This document shows positions 10,591 through 23,816 of a stretch of 64,000 nucleotides of DNA, in pieces (position 1 is the stretch's first letter; the number at the start of each line of letters is the position of its first letter). The stretch is from Epithemia pelagica (lineage: Eukaryota > Protista > Bacillariophyta): assembly GCA_946965045.2 (NCBI GenBank), contig OX337228.1:4154001-4218000 (forward strand), in the 5' to 3' direction. The notes under the pieces are model-generated. The model worked only from the letters and a program-made list of their open reading frames with translations. It had not been told where the DNA came from and did not search any database. Made by a program: the position numbers and the translations under genes.

Positions 10591-13053
10591 ATGTTCTTGG
10601 AGCCGGAACGTTGGAACGACGCATATGCGGAAATTGTCCGTGAATGTGGAGGATCCTCCGAGCCACGGCCGGCCTTGGTGGTGGTGGCCGCAACGTCGGT
10701 GGATGCCGTGTGTGCCAGTCGGATCTGGACGTACTGGATGCGTGCCGACGGGATTCTCTATGAACTTTTGGCAGCCGATCACTGGAAGGTTGTTCAAGAA
10801 CGATTGTTGACATCGTCCACATTGTACGGTGCCTGCATTTTGTTGAATATGGGAGCCACGGTCAACTTGGCACGCCTCTTGACGGCAGGGGACGACGAAG
10901 AAGACGATGGTCAGACTCTTCCCTGCAAAATTTATGTCATTGACGGCCGAAGACCTATTCATTTGGCGAACATACATGATCAAAATAATATTGTCGTCTT
11001 GTGCGATCGATTGGGCAGTGGCGCAGGACAGGACGAAGACGACGATGACGACGTTCCTTCGGATGGAGATAACTTGTCAGGAACTGAATCTTCTTCCGAC
11101 GAAGAGGATGATGATGAGGAAGACGACGAAGATTTGGACGACGACTCGAATGACGACAACAATGACGAAGGAGAACACGAATTTGGAGACGACGAACAAC
11201 CCAAAGGACAGGCCGGCGATGCCCACCACGAAGCACATGACATGGAGGATGACAATAACAGCAACCCGGAAGGCTTCCCGTCCGTCAACAAGCGAAAACG
11301 ACGGCTTGACGAGGATGATCCCTTGAATATGACCGCTGCTACCATTGACACCGCTCTGACCGAAACTGCAACTACAAGCATGGATGAAGATGGCCATGAC
11401 CCTCTGCTTTCCTCGACTCAAGATACGACCCAGGAAGAAAATGGCAACGACGGAGCCAATTCCTCTAGTATGGATGGGGAACAAGTCGTCTTGCCAGTCC
11501 TGACGCCACGAGAATTGCATCGCCATCGTCGAGAGAGATTGCGTCGCTACTATGCAAGAGGGACGTACAGGGGATCCCCATCATCCTTTGTCTCCTGGCA
11601 CATGACCTCCCAATCTCGATTTGCGCAAACTGCTGATTTGTTGTGGCTTGCAGTCACGGGCGTAGCAGGGGCATTTTGGTACCATGAACTCGATCGTCAT
11701 CGCTACGAGACCTTGGCTGGACATTTGCAGCAGGCCTGTGAACTCTTGTTCCCCACCGAACAGTACTTTCGAGGAACTGGTGGAACCGTCTATGCCGAAC
11801 ATTTACTGAGCAACAACCTGAATGACGATGGGACATCCGCCATGGCCACGACCCGTACTAAGATTGGAGTCTCGGAAAATGGCCGTATTCTCTGTGAACC
11901 CGAATTTCGCTTCTTTTTGCTCCGACAGTCCAGTTTGTACCAAGCCATTACTCAGTCCGACTACGTGGCCACGACATGGCAAGTCACAACTCCTGCAGGT
12001 CGTTTGAAACTGCACGAGTGGTTGGCCACTCTGGGCTTTGCCTTGCATGACTGTCAGCAGCCCTTTGGATTGTTGAAACCAACATTGCGGCGACGTTTGC
12101 AACCGCTCGTACGTGAGACAGCTCCCGAACATGGACTTGAAGATTTGGAAGTTCCAGGTTTTTTTCGTGTCACAGGATTTCAATCCCTCCTTTCTGCGGC
12201 CGATGCGGCTCATGCCATTGCCGCACTCTTGGCACTTCCTCCAGCCCATACAAGTAAAACAATGTTGTCATCAGGATCCACTGAGGGCGACTTGGCGACC
12301 GATCAAGATCATGCCAAGGTGGACAGTTCCATTGTTCAAAAGTCATTTCAGCTGGCCTTTGATGCTTTGAATTACCAAGATGCTGATCCTTATGACATCA
12401 GTAGCAGTAGTAACAACAACAATACCATGGCCACCTTGGTCAACGGGAACATGGCTGGTGGTCACACTACGACAGGCATTGCAGGAGGCTTTCGCTTAGC
12501 CAGTCAGTTGCAACATGCCATTCAAATGATGGCGGCAAGTCTCATTGATCGAAAAGCCATTACGCGCCTCTCGCATTTCCGTTATGCCAACATCACATGT
12601 GGCAGCAACAACAGTGGGAGCAGTCAGCAACAAGGCCAAGAAACGGAAGCGGCAAAGCGCACCAAGGCATCTAACAGCACTTCCGATAAGTTCCACGTTT
12701 TTGCTCAACCCATGGTGCTGACAAGGCTTGCCCATTATTTGATGGATTGGCACCGTGCCTCAGGTCAATGGACCGGCGCCAACGTCCGTCCACTTGTATT
12801 GTGCGCCCAGGATCCTCGGTCTTCTTCCTATATTGTGGTGGGACAAGAATACCCAGAAACAGCAGGAATGCTGGTGCGTAACAGATTTGGCCAATACTTT
12901 GCCTGGGCGGCCGAAACTTTGAATGCGACTGACAGCAGCGCTGGTGTCACGGTTCGACTGGACTACAGTATGGACAATCACATTGTTCAAGTGGCGGAAT
13001 CACATGTACAGCGATTCATTGAACAACTTCACTTCCTCTACGACTCGGTGTAG
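10591..13053 (+). CDS. CDC45: DNA replication initiation factor Cdc45
   Basis: 820 aa. SVDAVCASRI, ILLNMGATVNL, IYVIDGRRPIHLANI, an acidic insertion, EFRFFLLRQSSLY and a C-terminal FIEQLH, matching the CDC45 family pattern. Confidence 0.93.
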   Translation: MFLEPERWNDAYAEIVRECGGSSEPRPALVVVAATSVDAVCASRIWTYWMRADGILYELLAADHWKVVQERLLTSSTLYGACILLNMGATVNLARLLTAGDDEEDDGQTLPCKIYVIDGRRPIHLANIHDQNNIVVLCDRLGSGAGQDEDDDDDVPSDGDNLSGTESSSDEEDDDEEDDEDLDDDSNDDNNDEGEHEFGDDEQPKGQAGDAHHEAHDMEDDNNSNPEGFPSVNKRKRRLDEDDPLNMTAATIDTALTETATTSMDEDGHDPLLSSTQDTTQEENGNDGANSSSMDGEQVVLPVLTPRELHRHRRERLRRYYARGTYRGSPSSFVSWHMTSQSRFAQTADLLWLAVTGVAGAFWYHELDRHRYETLAGHLQQACELLFPTEQYFRGTGGTVYAEHLLSNNLNDDGTSAMATTRTKIGVSENGRILCEPEFRFFLLRQSSLYQAITQSDYVATTWQVTTPAGRLKLHEWLATLGFALHDCQQPFGLLKPTLRRRLQPLVRETAPEHGLEDLEVPGFFRVTGFQSLLSAADAAHAIAALLALPPAHTSKTMLSSGSTEGDLATDQDHAKVDSSIVQKSFQLAFDALNYQDADPYDISSSSNNNNTMATLVNGNMAGGHTTTGIAGGFRLASQLQHAIQMMAASLIDRKAITRLSHFRYANITCGSNNSGSSQQQGQETEAAKRTKASNSTSDKFHVFAQPMVLTRLAHYLMDWHRASGQWTGANVRPLVLCAQDPRSSSYIVVGQEYPETAGMLVRNRFGQYFAWAAETLNATDSSAGVTVRLDYSMDNHIVQVAESHVQRFIEQLHFLYDSV

Positions 13054-13218
13054 GTTGAGAGGGAACCAAAGGATGGGGTTTTGATTGAATAGGTCGATAA
13101 ATTAATGCAGACAGTCTTGGTTTTACTCGTTTTCTTAATAGTAAATGGGGCCATAAGGTAGGAGTAGGACGAAGTCTATCATACAAGCTGTCTTATTGGA
13201 GAAGATGAAGAAAAAGGC

Positions 13219-14132
13219 TTATGAAGCTTTGCACTTGGAAAGATCGATGCCACATATGCGAATAAAAAGCAAACCAAATAATGCGAGAACGATCACCCCA
13301 ATAAAGCCTCCCCACAGAAACATCGATTTGTAGTAGCGACGGCGTTGATGTCGTTTCATCACTTTCGATCGCTTGTAGAATACCTGTGCCTCGTCTTGAA
13401 GTTCATCCGACCGAACTGCCATTGACTCCAAAGTTTCTCCACGCTCCAACAACAAGTTCATATGGATTCCCATGATCTTTGTCAAATCCTGTACCTGAGT
13501 TATGAGCTTTGCCACCTTGGGTTCTTGACTAATCTTGTCATGATTCACATTGTAATAGTGCATAGCACTACGCATATTCGGTCGAAAAGTTTTCTCCATT
13601 CCATACGCGTTCGCCCCTTGAATACGTTTTTCTGAATAGAGTCTTGTGAATTCCACGTACATGCGATTCAGAAAGGCGAAGTTCCTGTCCAAAGCAAAGA
13701 CAGAGTGAGCAATGCTTTCGGTTGATCTCAATTACGCCATCCTCATACTTACACCTTTTGGTCACTCAGTTCGCTATCATCCCCAATGCAACAAAATATG
13801 ATACCTTTTTGATAGAACAAATGGAAATAGTGCTCTTGGACTGCATCTTCCCCCATCACGATGCACATCGAGTCTACAAAAGACGACAGCAAATCAACCT
13901 GACCACCAGCTCCATTGCCATCATTACGTTGAACCAACGTTTGGTGCTCTCCTTCTTGAATGAGTTCTGGGTGATCTCGCAAATGACAAAACAGCAAAGA
14001 CGTTACTACGGCTGCGTTGCCCTTGAGAAGTGGATCGCAGCAATCGACCAAGACGGATGCGTCTGAGGCCCTTGCAATAGCAGAGTAAATAAGCATGTTT
14101 TTGGACCGTTCAACAGAAGGTTGGTGACTCAA
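13219..14132 (-). CDS. VAMP7: VAMP7-like longin R-SNARE; 2 exons (14132-13753, 13684-13219), 281 aa
   Basis: Longin domain (LIYSAIAR...HYFHLFYQKGIIFCCI...DQKV|NFAFL) spliced over a 68-nt GTAAGT...CAG intron. R-SNARE motif LLLERGETLESMAVRSDELQDEAQVF and a C-terminal transmembrane helix. Confidence 0.88.
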
Positions 14133-14654
14133 GCAATGGTTGGCTGGTTGGACTTGTTGTTGATGGAAGACAACTGCTCAAAGTCAGACCTTATCTTCGA
14201 ACCACTTGTCATTCACACCATGGGATCAATGGAATATGTTGTTGTCATGTTGACTTCGCGCGCATCATGTTGGCACAAAGAACCGAGTTTGGTCTTGCTT
14301 TGGCCGTTTCACATATTAAATCCTCTATCCCGTCAGACCAAACGCGCGGCGAGCTTCTTTCGTCTTTCTTCCCGGTCGCACAACCTTGAACCACATTATT
14401 TGATACTCCTACAACTTACCAACGTTCCTTCTTAGGTAGGTAGTAATACTGTTTTCGTTCACCAATTCCTAAAAATAAACCAATTGTCTACAGTATAAAC
14501 GTTCTGGGGCACTTCTCTACGGTCGTTGATGTGCGTCCATGCTTGAACACCAGACACCTTGATCCAAGCGTCAGGCACCACGTATTCTTCTATGCAACAA
14601 GAGACAGTTCTGTGTAAGCAGATAGAAATGTGATCATATCACTATGCATCCGGC

Positions 14655-16110
14655 TCAGGCAAATTGCTTTTCAATCTTTCCACCCTTGTACATTTCCTTG
14701 TCACTGAGTCCGACCGCTTTTTTGCTGAATTCCCACACTTTCTGGGCATCCTCGGCATTTTGAACGGCATCCGATTGTTGATTTTCAAAAATCTCCCCAC
14801 CGGAACCTCCAGCACCTCGGGGTTTGCCATCTTCGCTCCATCGGCCAACCGTTTGGGCGCCACCATTCCAGCTCCAGTAGACATTTGACTTGGCGCACTG
14901 AGGATCGTCAATCACCTGTGCCAAACGTTCCCCGGCTTCCTTCTCGCTAACATATCCCCCAGTGACATACTTCATGAACCAGGGGAAGGCCTTGCGGAAC
15001 CACGTGCGTTTTTCTCTGAACAATTGAGTTTCTGCGATGCATCCCGGGTACATGGAAGAGAAAACAATACCAGTGGCGTCATGGTAACGTCGGTGCAATT
15101 CAGACACAGTCATCATATTGCAGACCTGGGGAAGATACGAAGTGAGACAACAATGCAGATATATGCGATTTCGGAAGAAAAGGATCCGTCCCTTACCTTT
15201 GAGTCTTTGTATGCTTTGGCTCCGAAAAAGGGCTTGTCATCCACCATCTCAACTGGCTTTTGCATTCCCTTCTCAAGTCCCTGCAATTTTCCGAGGTCGG
15301 CACGAGGATAGACCAAACCACCTCCAACGGTATTGGTGTTACCAGTGATGGAACCGACGATGCAGCAACGAGCACCCTTGGCACGAGACATGTCATCGAG
15401 GAGCAAGTTGACGAGCAAGAAATGTCCCAAATGGTTCACCCCCATACTCATTTCAAAGCCATCATCCGTCCAGGCTGGCTTGGGGTCGGTTGGTCTGTAG
15501 ACAGCTGCGTTGCAAATAAGGTTGTTCAAAGGACGGGCAGACTTGAACGCCTTGAGGTTGGCAACAAAGTCGCGTACACTTTGAAGGTTTCCAAGCTCAA
15601 GTTTCATGGCGACATACGCATTGTCCGACCATCCATATTCTTTGGCCACTGTAGAAATAAACAGGTCAGACGGATTAATAGAAACACCTTTCGCGACACT
15701 CTGGAATACTTACATTTCTTCATTTTTTCAGGGTCGCGAACGGCGCAGATAACAAAGTAACGACCAGTCTTCACCAGGGCATCAGCACAACTGAGACCGA
15801 GACCAGATGACGCCCCCGTAATGCAGACCATCTTTCGGAGGCCAATTTGCAGGCCCCCAAGAACTTTAGGGACTTCCTTCTCTTTTGGAAGATAGAGCTT
15901 CTCAGGCAATTCAGTGAAGGTTTCTGGAAGGGCACATAGACTGGTAGCATCTTCAGTGACAGTTCGACGGAACAACGGAGATGATACTGACGACGACCAA
16001 CCGACTTGGTGAGGAACGACCGACGCCTTAGAACTCAAACCTGACGGACTTGGCGCCGTGAACGCACTTGTAGAAGCAAAAGCAAGCAAGAAAGAAAGGC
16101 ACCGCATCAT
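14655..16110 (-). CDS. POR: Light-dependent protochlorophyllide oxidoreductase; 3 exons (16110-15714, 15648-15197, 15125-14655), 439 aa
   Basis: ASTSA-FTAP bipartite plastid presequence. [36 protein letters not shown]|VCNMMT and YPGCIAET are POR motifs. Introns of 65 and 71 nt restore the frame. Confidence 0.96.
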
Positions 16111-17137
16111 GATGTTGGACTTGTCGAAATACGATGTAGTATAACTGTTTCTCGTCTTTTCTGAGTTGGTCTGTCGAAAACCACTGATGGCAGATCAGAT
16201 CTTCGTCCGTACTACAAACTACAAGATCTTCGACTTGGGGACTTGGGACGACCCCACTGAAACTGAATGGATAAATCTCCGGGTCACAAAGACACTTCAA
16301 CTTGCTTTCACCCAAATCTTGTGTCCGACAGATGTCTTTCTATGTTCCTCACCTATTCGCTCCACGTTCTTCTTACCATACTCGTATTCGTGACCGCATA
16401 CGTCTGTCGTCTCCAGTCTACCTACTACCTACAAGTACGGACTCCGGTCGCCAATAATTTTTACCGTAGTTGGACGTGATGCAACTGTGGAGGATCAACA
16501 ATAGCGTTAGTAACGAATTTTGAACTTTTCAGCCTCACTACTGATTAGTTCATGAACCGCCAGGTATTTTGCATGTCCTTTATCTTCATAACACCACCAT
16601 TGCAAACTCAGGACGGTGTGCACCTGCAACGAACGGTGCTAGTACTCCTCCGACCATCACGGAGTCTTCAGAGTCAAGTGTACTGTGACAGATTGAACGG
16701 GCGGCGATGAAATGTCGAAACCTGTGGAGCTACGGCATGGTTTGGAAGGTCTTCCACTTTTGGGTTGGAAGGAAACATGGAGATGACCAAGGTTGGAGAC
16801 GGACAACGCTGTCAAGATCAAGATTTCGATGGGACAACGGCGAAGAAAGCTTCAATTCGGTTCAAGGAATGATGGAGGACCCAGAAAAGGGAAACGCGGC
16901 AATCAGACGGGTGGTTTTTCGAAGCATCGGCATTGCTAAAACCGTGGAAACTGCAACGAAGGAAGTGACCATGAGAGGACCTTCCCTCTCTAGAGAGATT
17001 CCTCCTACTCCTTGAAGTAAAGTGATACTCCTAGGATATAGGATATTAAGATCCACTGAATTGATTCTATTAAGAAAGGACTATTTATGGCATGAGTGCT
17101 TGTGTCACGATGTTAATTGAAAGTGCGTGAAATAGAT

Positions 17138-18945
17138 TTACTCTCGGTATTGAACGGAAAGCATGCTTTGATTCATCGGTGGTCCTGATGGAGGAACTTG
17201 TTGGGGCATTGCACCTGGATAAGGCGTTGGTTGTGGGGCCGCTGCCACAGGAGGTGCTTGTGGTGGCATGGTCGAAGGAGGCGGACCAGGTTGTGTGTTG
17301 ATATATTGTGGAGGCTGTTGTCCCATCATGGCAGGAGCCGGTGGTGCTGGCCCCGGCACGGTCGGCTGAGGCATCGGAGGCTGCTGTTGATGCGGAGAGG
17401 GAGGTGTTGGTGCAGGTTGTTGTGGGGGCGGTTGCGTCGGCATGAGCGACGATCCATCTACGTTGGATGGATTCGTCGTCGCAGGTCCATGTGGCCCAGG
17501 TGCAATAGCGTTGCTGTTGGAATCCAACTGGACACTTTCCAACTTGGGGATCAAAGCTGACCAGACTTCTTCCATCCGCTTATTGTATTCCACTTGCAAG
17601 TTTATGTAATCTAGAACCGTACGGCGCATATCCTCGGCTTTTTCGCGTTTGAAGCGATCCACTTCTCGTAGCACACGCTGTGACACTGTGGCAAAATCAT
17701 CTTTCGCCGCTTCACAAGCTTCATGTGCGCGTCGAAGCGACATCTCGACGGTGTATGCCTTGGCTTCAGATCCAATTTGAGCGCGCAGCTTAGCCAACTG
17801 AGTTTGCTTGGAATCTACTTCCGACAAACAAGTGCTGTACGTCAATCGCTTCTCGTGTCGACGTTGGAGTGCCAGCTTGACGGCGTGAATCATTTTAATG
17901 TAATCTTGAAGGGGCTCTTCAAATTGGGCCATTTCTTTTTCTGCATGTTCCGCCGATAACACGGACAATCGGTCGGCAGTATCTCCCATTTTGGATAGAG
18001 CATCTCCCAAAGCATCCGCTTCGCTTTGTCCCAATAAATTGAAGGCTAGACCGAATTCAAACAGACCATTCGCAATCTCTTTTCCTTTTCTTACCAAGGC
18101 AGTGGCTTGATGCGACACATTGCGCATCTGGTTGTCGAGACCATGAACATATCGATGAATCTCATCAAAAATATCGTCGTCTGGAGATTTGACCAAATCT
18201 CCAGTCATGGAAGTTTTGGCTTCCGCAAACCAGCGTTTGAAGCCATCTTTTTTCTGCGGAGTAAGCGTGGCAGCTGTGGGAGGACCTACCATCATGCTGC
18301 CAGGTTGGTTCACAACGACCGTTCCTTTTGCACTTTTAGCAGCATGAAAAGTAGCGTCATCTGCTCTCAAAAAGGTATCGAGACAACCCGCATCTGCAAG
18401 TTCGGGATGCACCGCAACGCGACGCAAGAACCGTTCTAGATGCACTCGTCGATCTTCCACAAAGGCCGCATTGAACCGTCCCACAGGTTGCTTTTCTGGA
18501 ATGGGAGGAACGACCGCTCCAGCACGTTCGGTGTGCAAACGTTCGTACAACCACAAAAAATCGGAGTAGCGACGAAGCACAGCGCTGTAGTTCGTAGCAG
18601 CGTTGGCAATCATGACATCCTGAGTTCGACCGTCCGCAGTGGCAGTGGGAGGACGCACGTCTACACGGTACGATGTGTATTTGTTTAAGCCATCCGTATG
18701 CTGCACTGGATCCGAAACCTTAAATGAAAGAAAAGAACAGTAGCTTACATAAGAAAAACAGTTCGTTCCTCAAGGCCATAGCATCCATGAGTGACTCACA
18801 AACACTCAAGAGAACAATCGTCGACCGAAACCTTGTTGCCTTTTAACCTAACAACATGTAGATATCTTAGACTTACCGAAATGTGCATTGCCGCATCTTC
18901 TGGTCGCGCTCTTCGCGGAACACCGGAGCCTGTTGTGGTCATCAT
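17138..18945 (-). CDS. SNX1: Sorting nexin 1/Vps5-like (PX + BAR) with Pro/Gln-rich C-terminal tail; 2 exons (18945-18877, 18718-17138), about 549 aa
   Basis: PX motifs (IS|VSDP, YTSYRV, VLRRYSDFLWL, VPPIPEKQ, FVEDRRVHLERFL) followed by a BAR helical region. 158-nt GTAAGT...AAG intron. Confidence 0.9.
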
Positions 18946-19108
18946 GGTGAAGAGGGATCTATTTGATAAAGGGATTCTCGAACAGAGACCCAATTTGGAG
19001 CAGGATAGTCAGTCGTGAGGTGAGGCAACGCAACGAATCAAGAGAATCCAGATCCCACGACGACTATAGAGTGCGGAAGAGTAAAAAGACCAAAGCAGAC
19101 GCTGCGAG

Positions 19109-19156
19109 TTGCAACTTGCAACTTGCAACTTGCAACCGGAAACCGGAAACCAGAAC
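19109..19156. repeat. Compound heptanucleotide tandem repeat
   Basis: (TTGCAAC)x4 followed by (CGGAAAC)x2, about 165-210 bp upstream of the sorting nexin start. Confidence 0.85.
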
Positions 19157-19635
19157 TGCAACCGCAAAGGGGCGAACGAAAAGATGGCCGTGGTAATCCC
19201 ACAAAAGTACCAAACTCCTCTAGCTAGGTAGCTATCTTGGTTAGGAACATAATCTACCCCGCCATGAAGACCACGCATTTGGTCAATCCCGCCAATACGA
19301 ATTATGCATGACTATTTGAATTGCCCCATGCGTTGATTCCACTTTTCTTTCTGCGCTCACATTTTAGGATGAAGCCATGGCCACTGGCTCCACTAGAACT
19401 CCCTACAAAACGATGGTTTCCATTTTCGTCCAAGAGAGCACTTACATGACTCCTACAAGATCTCCGACAAGAGCAACTATTGATTGATGTCAATGTAAGG
19501 GGATCGTTTCTTGTCTTGCAACCGAATTCCTTGTAGGAATGGAGAGACATGTTCGTCTGGCAAGAGAGAAAAGTTACACAAAAGAGAGATACCCCCACAT
19601 TTGGCATCTCAGTTGATGGCTGAACCAATTAGACA

Positions 19636-22600
19636 ATGACACGATTATCGAAGAGTAGGATGGTTTTTAATGAAGTGCTTGGGACAAGCAGTATCGTTGG
19701 ATGGAGGATAGCTGCTTTCTCAGCACTGTTCCATTGTCTTGGACTCCATGTCCATGCAAAGGGCCCGACAACAGTTTGCCAACCCGAACATCAGATTGAT
19801 CCAGCATTGATACCCTTTCTCCGTGCTGACAAGGATCCATTTTGTATGAACGGGGGAACGTGCAAGTTCAACTTTGCATCTGTTCCCGACTTCCCCTGTG
19901 TTTGCTATAATGGCTCAACAGGACCCCACTGCGAATTCGAAAGTGCGAGTGATGTCCCCGACTGCACGCTCCCCTGTTTCAATGGTGGAGTATGCCAAGT
20001 TGGCATTCGCTCGTACATGGACATGTCCGGACTCCCAGCGATGGAGGACCACAACTATTGCAGGTGCCCACCAGGCTTTTATGGAGACCAGTGCGAGGTA
20101 GAAGGCGTTGAATGTGGGTCCAATTTTTGTTTCAATGGAGGTCAGTGCGTTCAAATTAGACAATCCGATGGAACCATGACGGATCACTGTGACTGTACCA
20201 CAGCTGTAAAAAATGGAGTGCAATATGCTGGTAGATATTGTCAGTCATCCCGTACGTCGGACTGCTCCAATCACGATGCCATTGAGCCCACAAACTTTTG
20301 CGTTAATGGGGGAACCTGTCGTATAGACCCGTAAGTATCGTGTTCATCGCGTTTGGCTCGCACTCAAAGAGTCCACCTCTCACTCAGTATTCTTATTCTT
20401 TAGGAGCATTGGGTGCGAATGTCCTGAGGGCTTCTCGGGATCACTTTGCGAATTCGGACCAGATGAACAGCATTGGGAATGTAATATGGACTGTGGCAAC
20501 CACGGGTTTTGTAGAAAAGGCGCCAAGGATACGAGCTTTATCGACAACTTTGATTTTGACGATCGCCGTCTCACGCAACGTTTCAATCAAGAATTTGAGC
20601 ACTGTATTTGCGAGCCAGGTTGGGCTGGCTTGAACTGTGACGTCAAAATGGACATTTGCCCTGGCCGCAGCATGATATGTCTCCATGGTTCAACTTGTGT
20701 TTTATCAGATGAAACGGGAGATTTTGAATGTGACTGCGACACTGCCCGTCTCGACGGCCTTCGTTATGCCGGCAAGTACTGTCAGTACCATTCCACCACC
20801 TACTGTACGATTGATGGTGAAAGACCGAAACGACACAGTGAGGCATTCTGTGCAAACAGTGGAAAATGTCTTGATTTTGTCCCTCATGATGGGGAGCATC
20901 CTGGATGCTCCTGCGAAGAACACTTCGAGGGTGATCATTGCGAGAAACTCGTCGCCCCGACGGCGAAATCCAGTGAACCTTCAGGTGACGGAAATGAAAG
21001 CTCCAGCTCGGCGGTTGCCATTGTCATTGTTGTAATGCTCGTTCTCATCATCATCGCCGTAGCCGTTTTTCTGTGGTTCAGACGTCGTCGTCAAAGTGCA
21101 AGCTCCTTTTTCATCTCGGAATCTGCCAACGACCACAATGGAAAAGCAAGTAAAAGAAAGACAAGTGGACGTCTCGCCCCCTTCTACCCGAGCCTCCAAT
21201 CAATCAATGAACAGTCTTGTGCTGACACACAGGTTTTTGAAGACAAACTTGATGTAAGCGATAGTTCCAGTGTTCAGGGAAGTGCTAGCTCCGGTAACGA
21301 CGAATTCCAAGATGAAGACACGCCCAACAAAAAAGAAACGAGAGAGTTTGAACTCCCGCCTCTGCGGTCACAGGGCTCCTCTGATTCATCATTGGAGCTG
21401 GGAGGACTTCGCTCGGATACACTTCGTAACACGGTCAAAAGCGATCTATCTTTACAGACAGCACCCTCGCAACAAATGGATTATGTGTCCAACAGCTTCT
21501 CCGTTTCTCCAGACCAGGAAGAACCCCTTGATCTAGAAGAAATGGTGCAAAAAAGAGGTCGCGGTTGGAACTCCCATTTTGCAACAAAAGCGCCCATTGC
21601 TGGCGATAGCAGTCACATGTCAAGTGACATTGGAAGTATGAGCAGCATTGAGTCAAAACCAGAAACTATGAATATGGCAAATTTCACTACTTCGCATATC
21701 CAAGGCCAAGACAACCAGTCAGTAATTTCTTCTGAATATTCCTTGTCCGAAGAAGGTTTGATGGGTAATGGCCCTTTGCCCACATCCATTGAAAGCGGTG
21801 GAAATTCTTCACCAACAGTGAAAGCAGGTGCTTCAGTTAGAAAGGATCAACACAATCCTACGCCAAGGACTCAACCAGAACCCGAACAGAGACCCGCTCC
21901 TGTTGGATCCAAATCGGTGAGCTTTGACGCACAGCCACACAAAGACAAGAAGCAGAAAGAAAACATCTCAGATACGCCTGACCGCAAACTAGGTGCAACA
22001 CGGAGCGATCATTATAAGAAGGCACTTGGTGGACCACAAGAGAGTTCCACTGGCAAGCACCCCTGGAGGGGACGACGAAAATCCCAAGACTCTCCGACCA
22101 AGGACATTGAAGAACAAGAACCAAACAACACCATGATAGGGATGGTTGAAGGTAACGAAGCGAGTGCACGGAAACATAGTTCAACCAAGACTGGGAGTGC
22201 TCACCCTCAGGAGCTCACAAATCAATCCGAAACCAGGGACCTAGACGAGGAACAGAGCGTGACGTCTCACGGAAGTCAAAGCAAAACTTTTGCGAAGAAT
22301 GCCCGATCGAAGCTGATTGGAAGACCGGAAAAGAAGACGACTGATGTGCAATCCAATCCCTCATCAGAAAAAGAGAAGGCTTCAAAACCAAAGAAACCTA
22401 AGGGCGGCAAATCAAAGACAAGCGGTAAAAAAGGAGCGAAGTCACCAAAGACGAAGTCCAAGACTCACGAGTCAACGCAAAATCAAGCGAAGGTCGAATT
22501 GGGATCAGGCAAAGAGGAAAATGTTCACGAAAATATCGAATCCAAACCGAGTGAAGTAGAAAGAGCCGATAGCGATAAAAAAGGAAAATCCGCTCAAGTC

Positions 22601-23035
22601 GACAGTGGCAAAAATTCAAACAGCACCAATAGTGGAGCTAAGGACAAAGAGGACGATGCAAAGGTAGGGATGGTCATATCAGGTGAAGACAACAGCATTC
22701 AATCCAAGTTGACACAAATTGGCCTTTCTTCTTCGTGGGGTTCCAAGTCAGGATCGGCTGAGATCTATGACAATAGCAGTGCGAGTTCCTTGGGCGTCTC
22801 AGTTCGAAAACCTGTTCACCCAGGAGCATCTGCTCACAAATCTTCTGGCCGTGGAACTCTGCCCAAGATTGACCCATGGGCGGAAGGCGGTGATAACCGC
22901 AACCCATACAACAACAAGAAATCATCAGATATGCTTGCCTCTTCGGGCAGTCTAGGAGTTTCGGCTAGCGCGTCTACGACAACTTTTGAGGCATGGGAGT
23001 CTGAAGGGGTATCGAAAGGCTTGGATGTGGTATAA
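19636..23035 (+). CDS. EGF-like repeat single-pass membrane protein 1 (7 EGF-like units, long low-complexity cytoplasmic tail); 2 exons (19636-20330, 20404-23035), 1108 aa
   Basis: Repeated C-x-NGG-x-C...C-x-C-x5-G-x2-C units, TM helix AVAIVIVVMLVLIIIAVAVFLWF followed by RRRR, and a Ser/Lys-rich tail. A 73-nt GTAAGT...TAG intron joins the two ORFs in frame. Confidence 0.85.
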
Positions 23036-23816
23036 AATTTATCTATTGAAACAACTATTAACGCCATTCGTGAAGATCGGGTTTTAAGGCTTAGCGAGTA
23101 GCATCTCTACGTCTCCCATAAAATCTATGGAACACGTACACGTTCTCCAATCTCCAATATATTGCACCCAGCTTTTTAATTTTGAATACAATTTGCTTTG
23201 TGGTGAGATTTTTTTGTTATCTTAGTCGATTGTCTGTAGCTTGAGCGACGTCCACGAGGGAAGATGTGGGAGGATAATGAAAATGGGATGTATCATCCAT
23301 CATCTTCAAATGATGCCAAACCAGGTCATAATTGGATGACGTAACGCCATATGATCAAGACGAATGGCCTGTGGAGGCTCAAGTCTACCAAGGAAAGGTT
23401 CATTGTGTCGAAAAAGGGGAACCAAGAAAAGCTGGTCCGAAGAATGGGAACTTGAAACTTGGAAAAATGTTGTGTTTTGCGTGCACTTATTTTCTTTGTC
23501 GGTCGGCGCGAGAAATTTTTTGTCAACAAATTTGGAATGGCGTGCTTGACCCCATCCCCCAAATAGCACGGACCGGCGTGCAATTTGGTCAAAGTCGACA
23601 CATAACAACAAAGCATTGGATGCACGTGTCGTAGCTCGGCTACTGTAAAACAAATAGGCAGCGATGGCGCGCTCATAAATATTATTTGAATCAGTGGAGT
23701 TGCTGGCTCTCTCATCTCATTTCGTTCGAAGTTGCTGACATGTCGGCGCAGGAATTGTGGCAGTAGCAACAGGACATTTCACAAGAACTCAAGGGACTGC
23801 AAATCGAAGATAGACG

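Noticed and set aside
16707-17015. 102-aa plus-strand ORF in the POR-SNX1 spacer
   Set aside because: No domain or targeting signal; neighbouring frames give similar short coding-like pieces. It could be a decayed gene, but that is not supportable.
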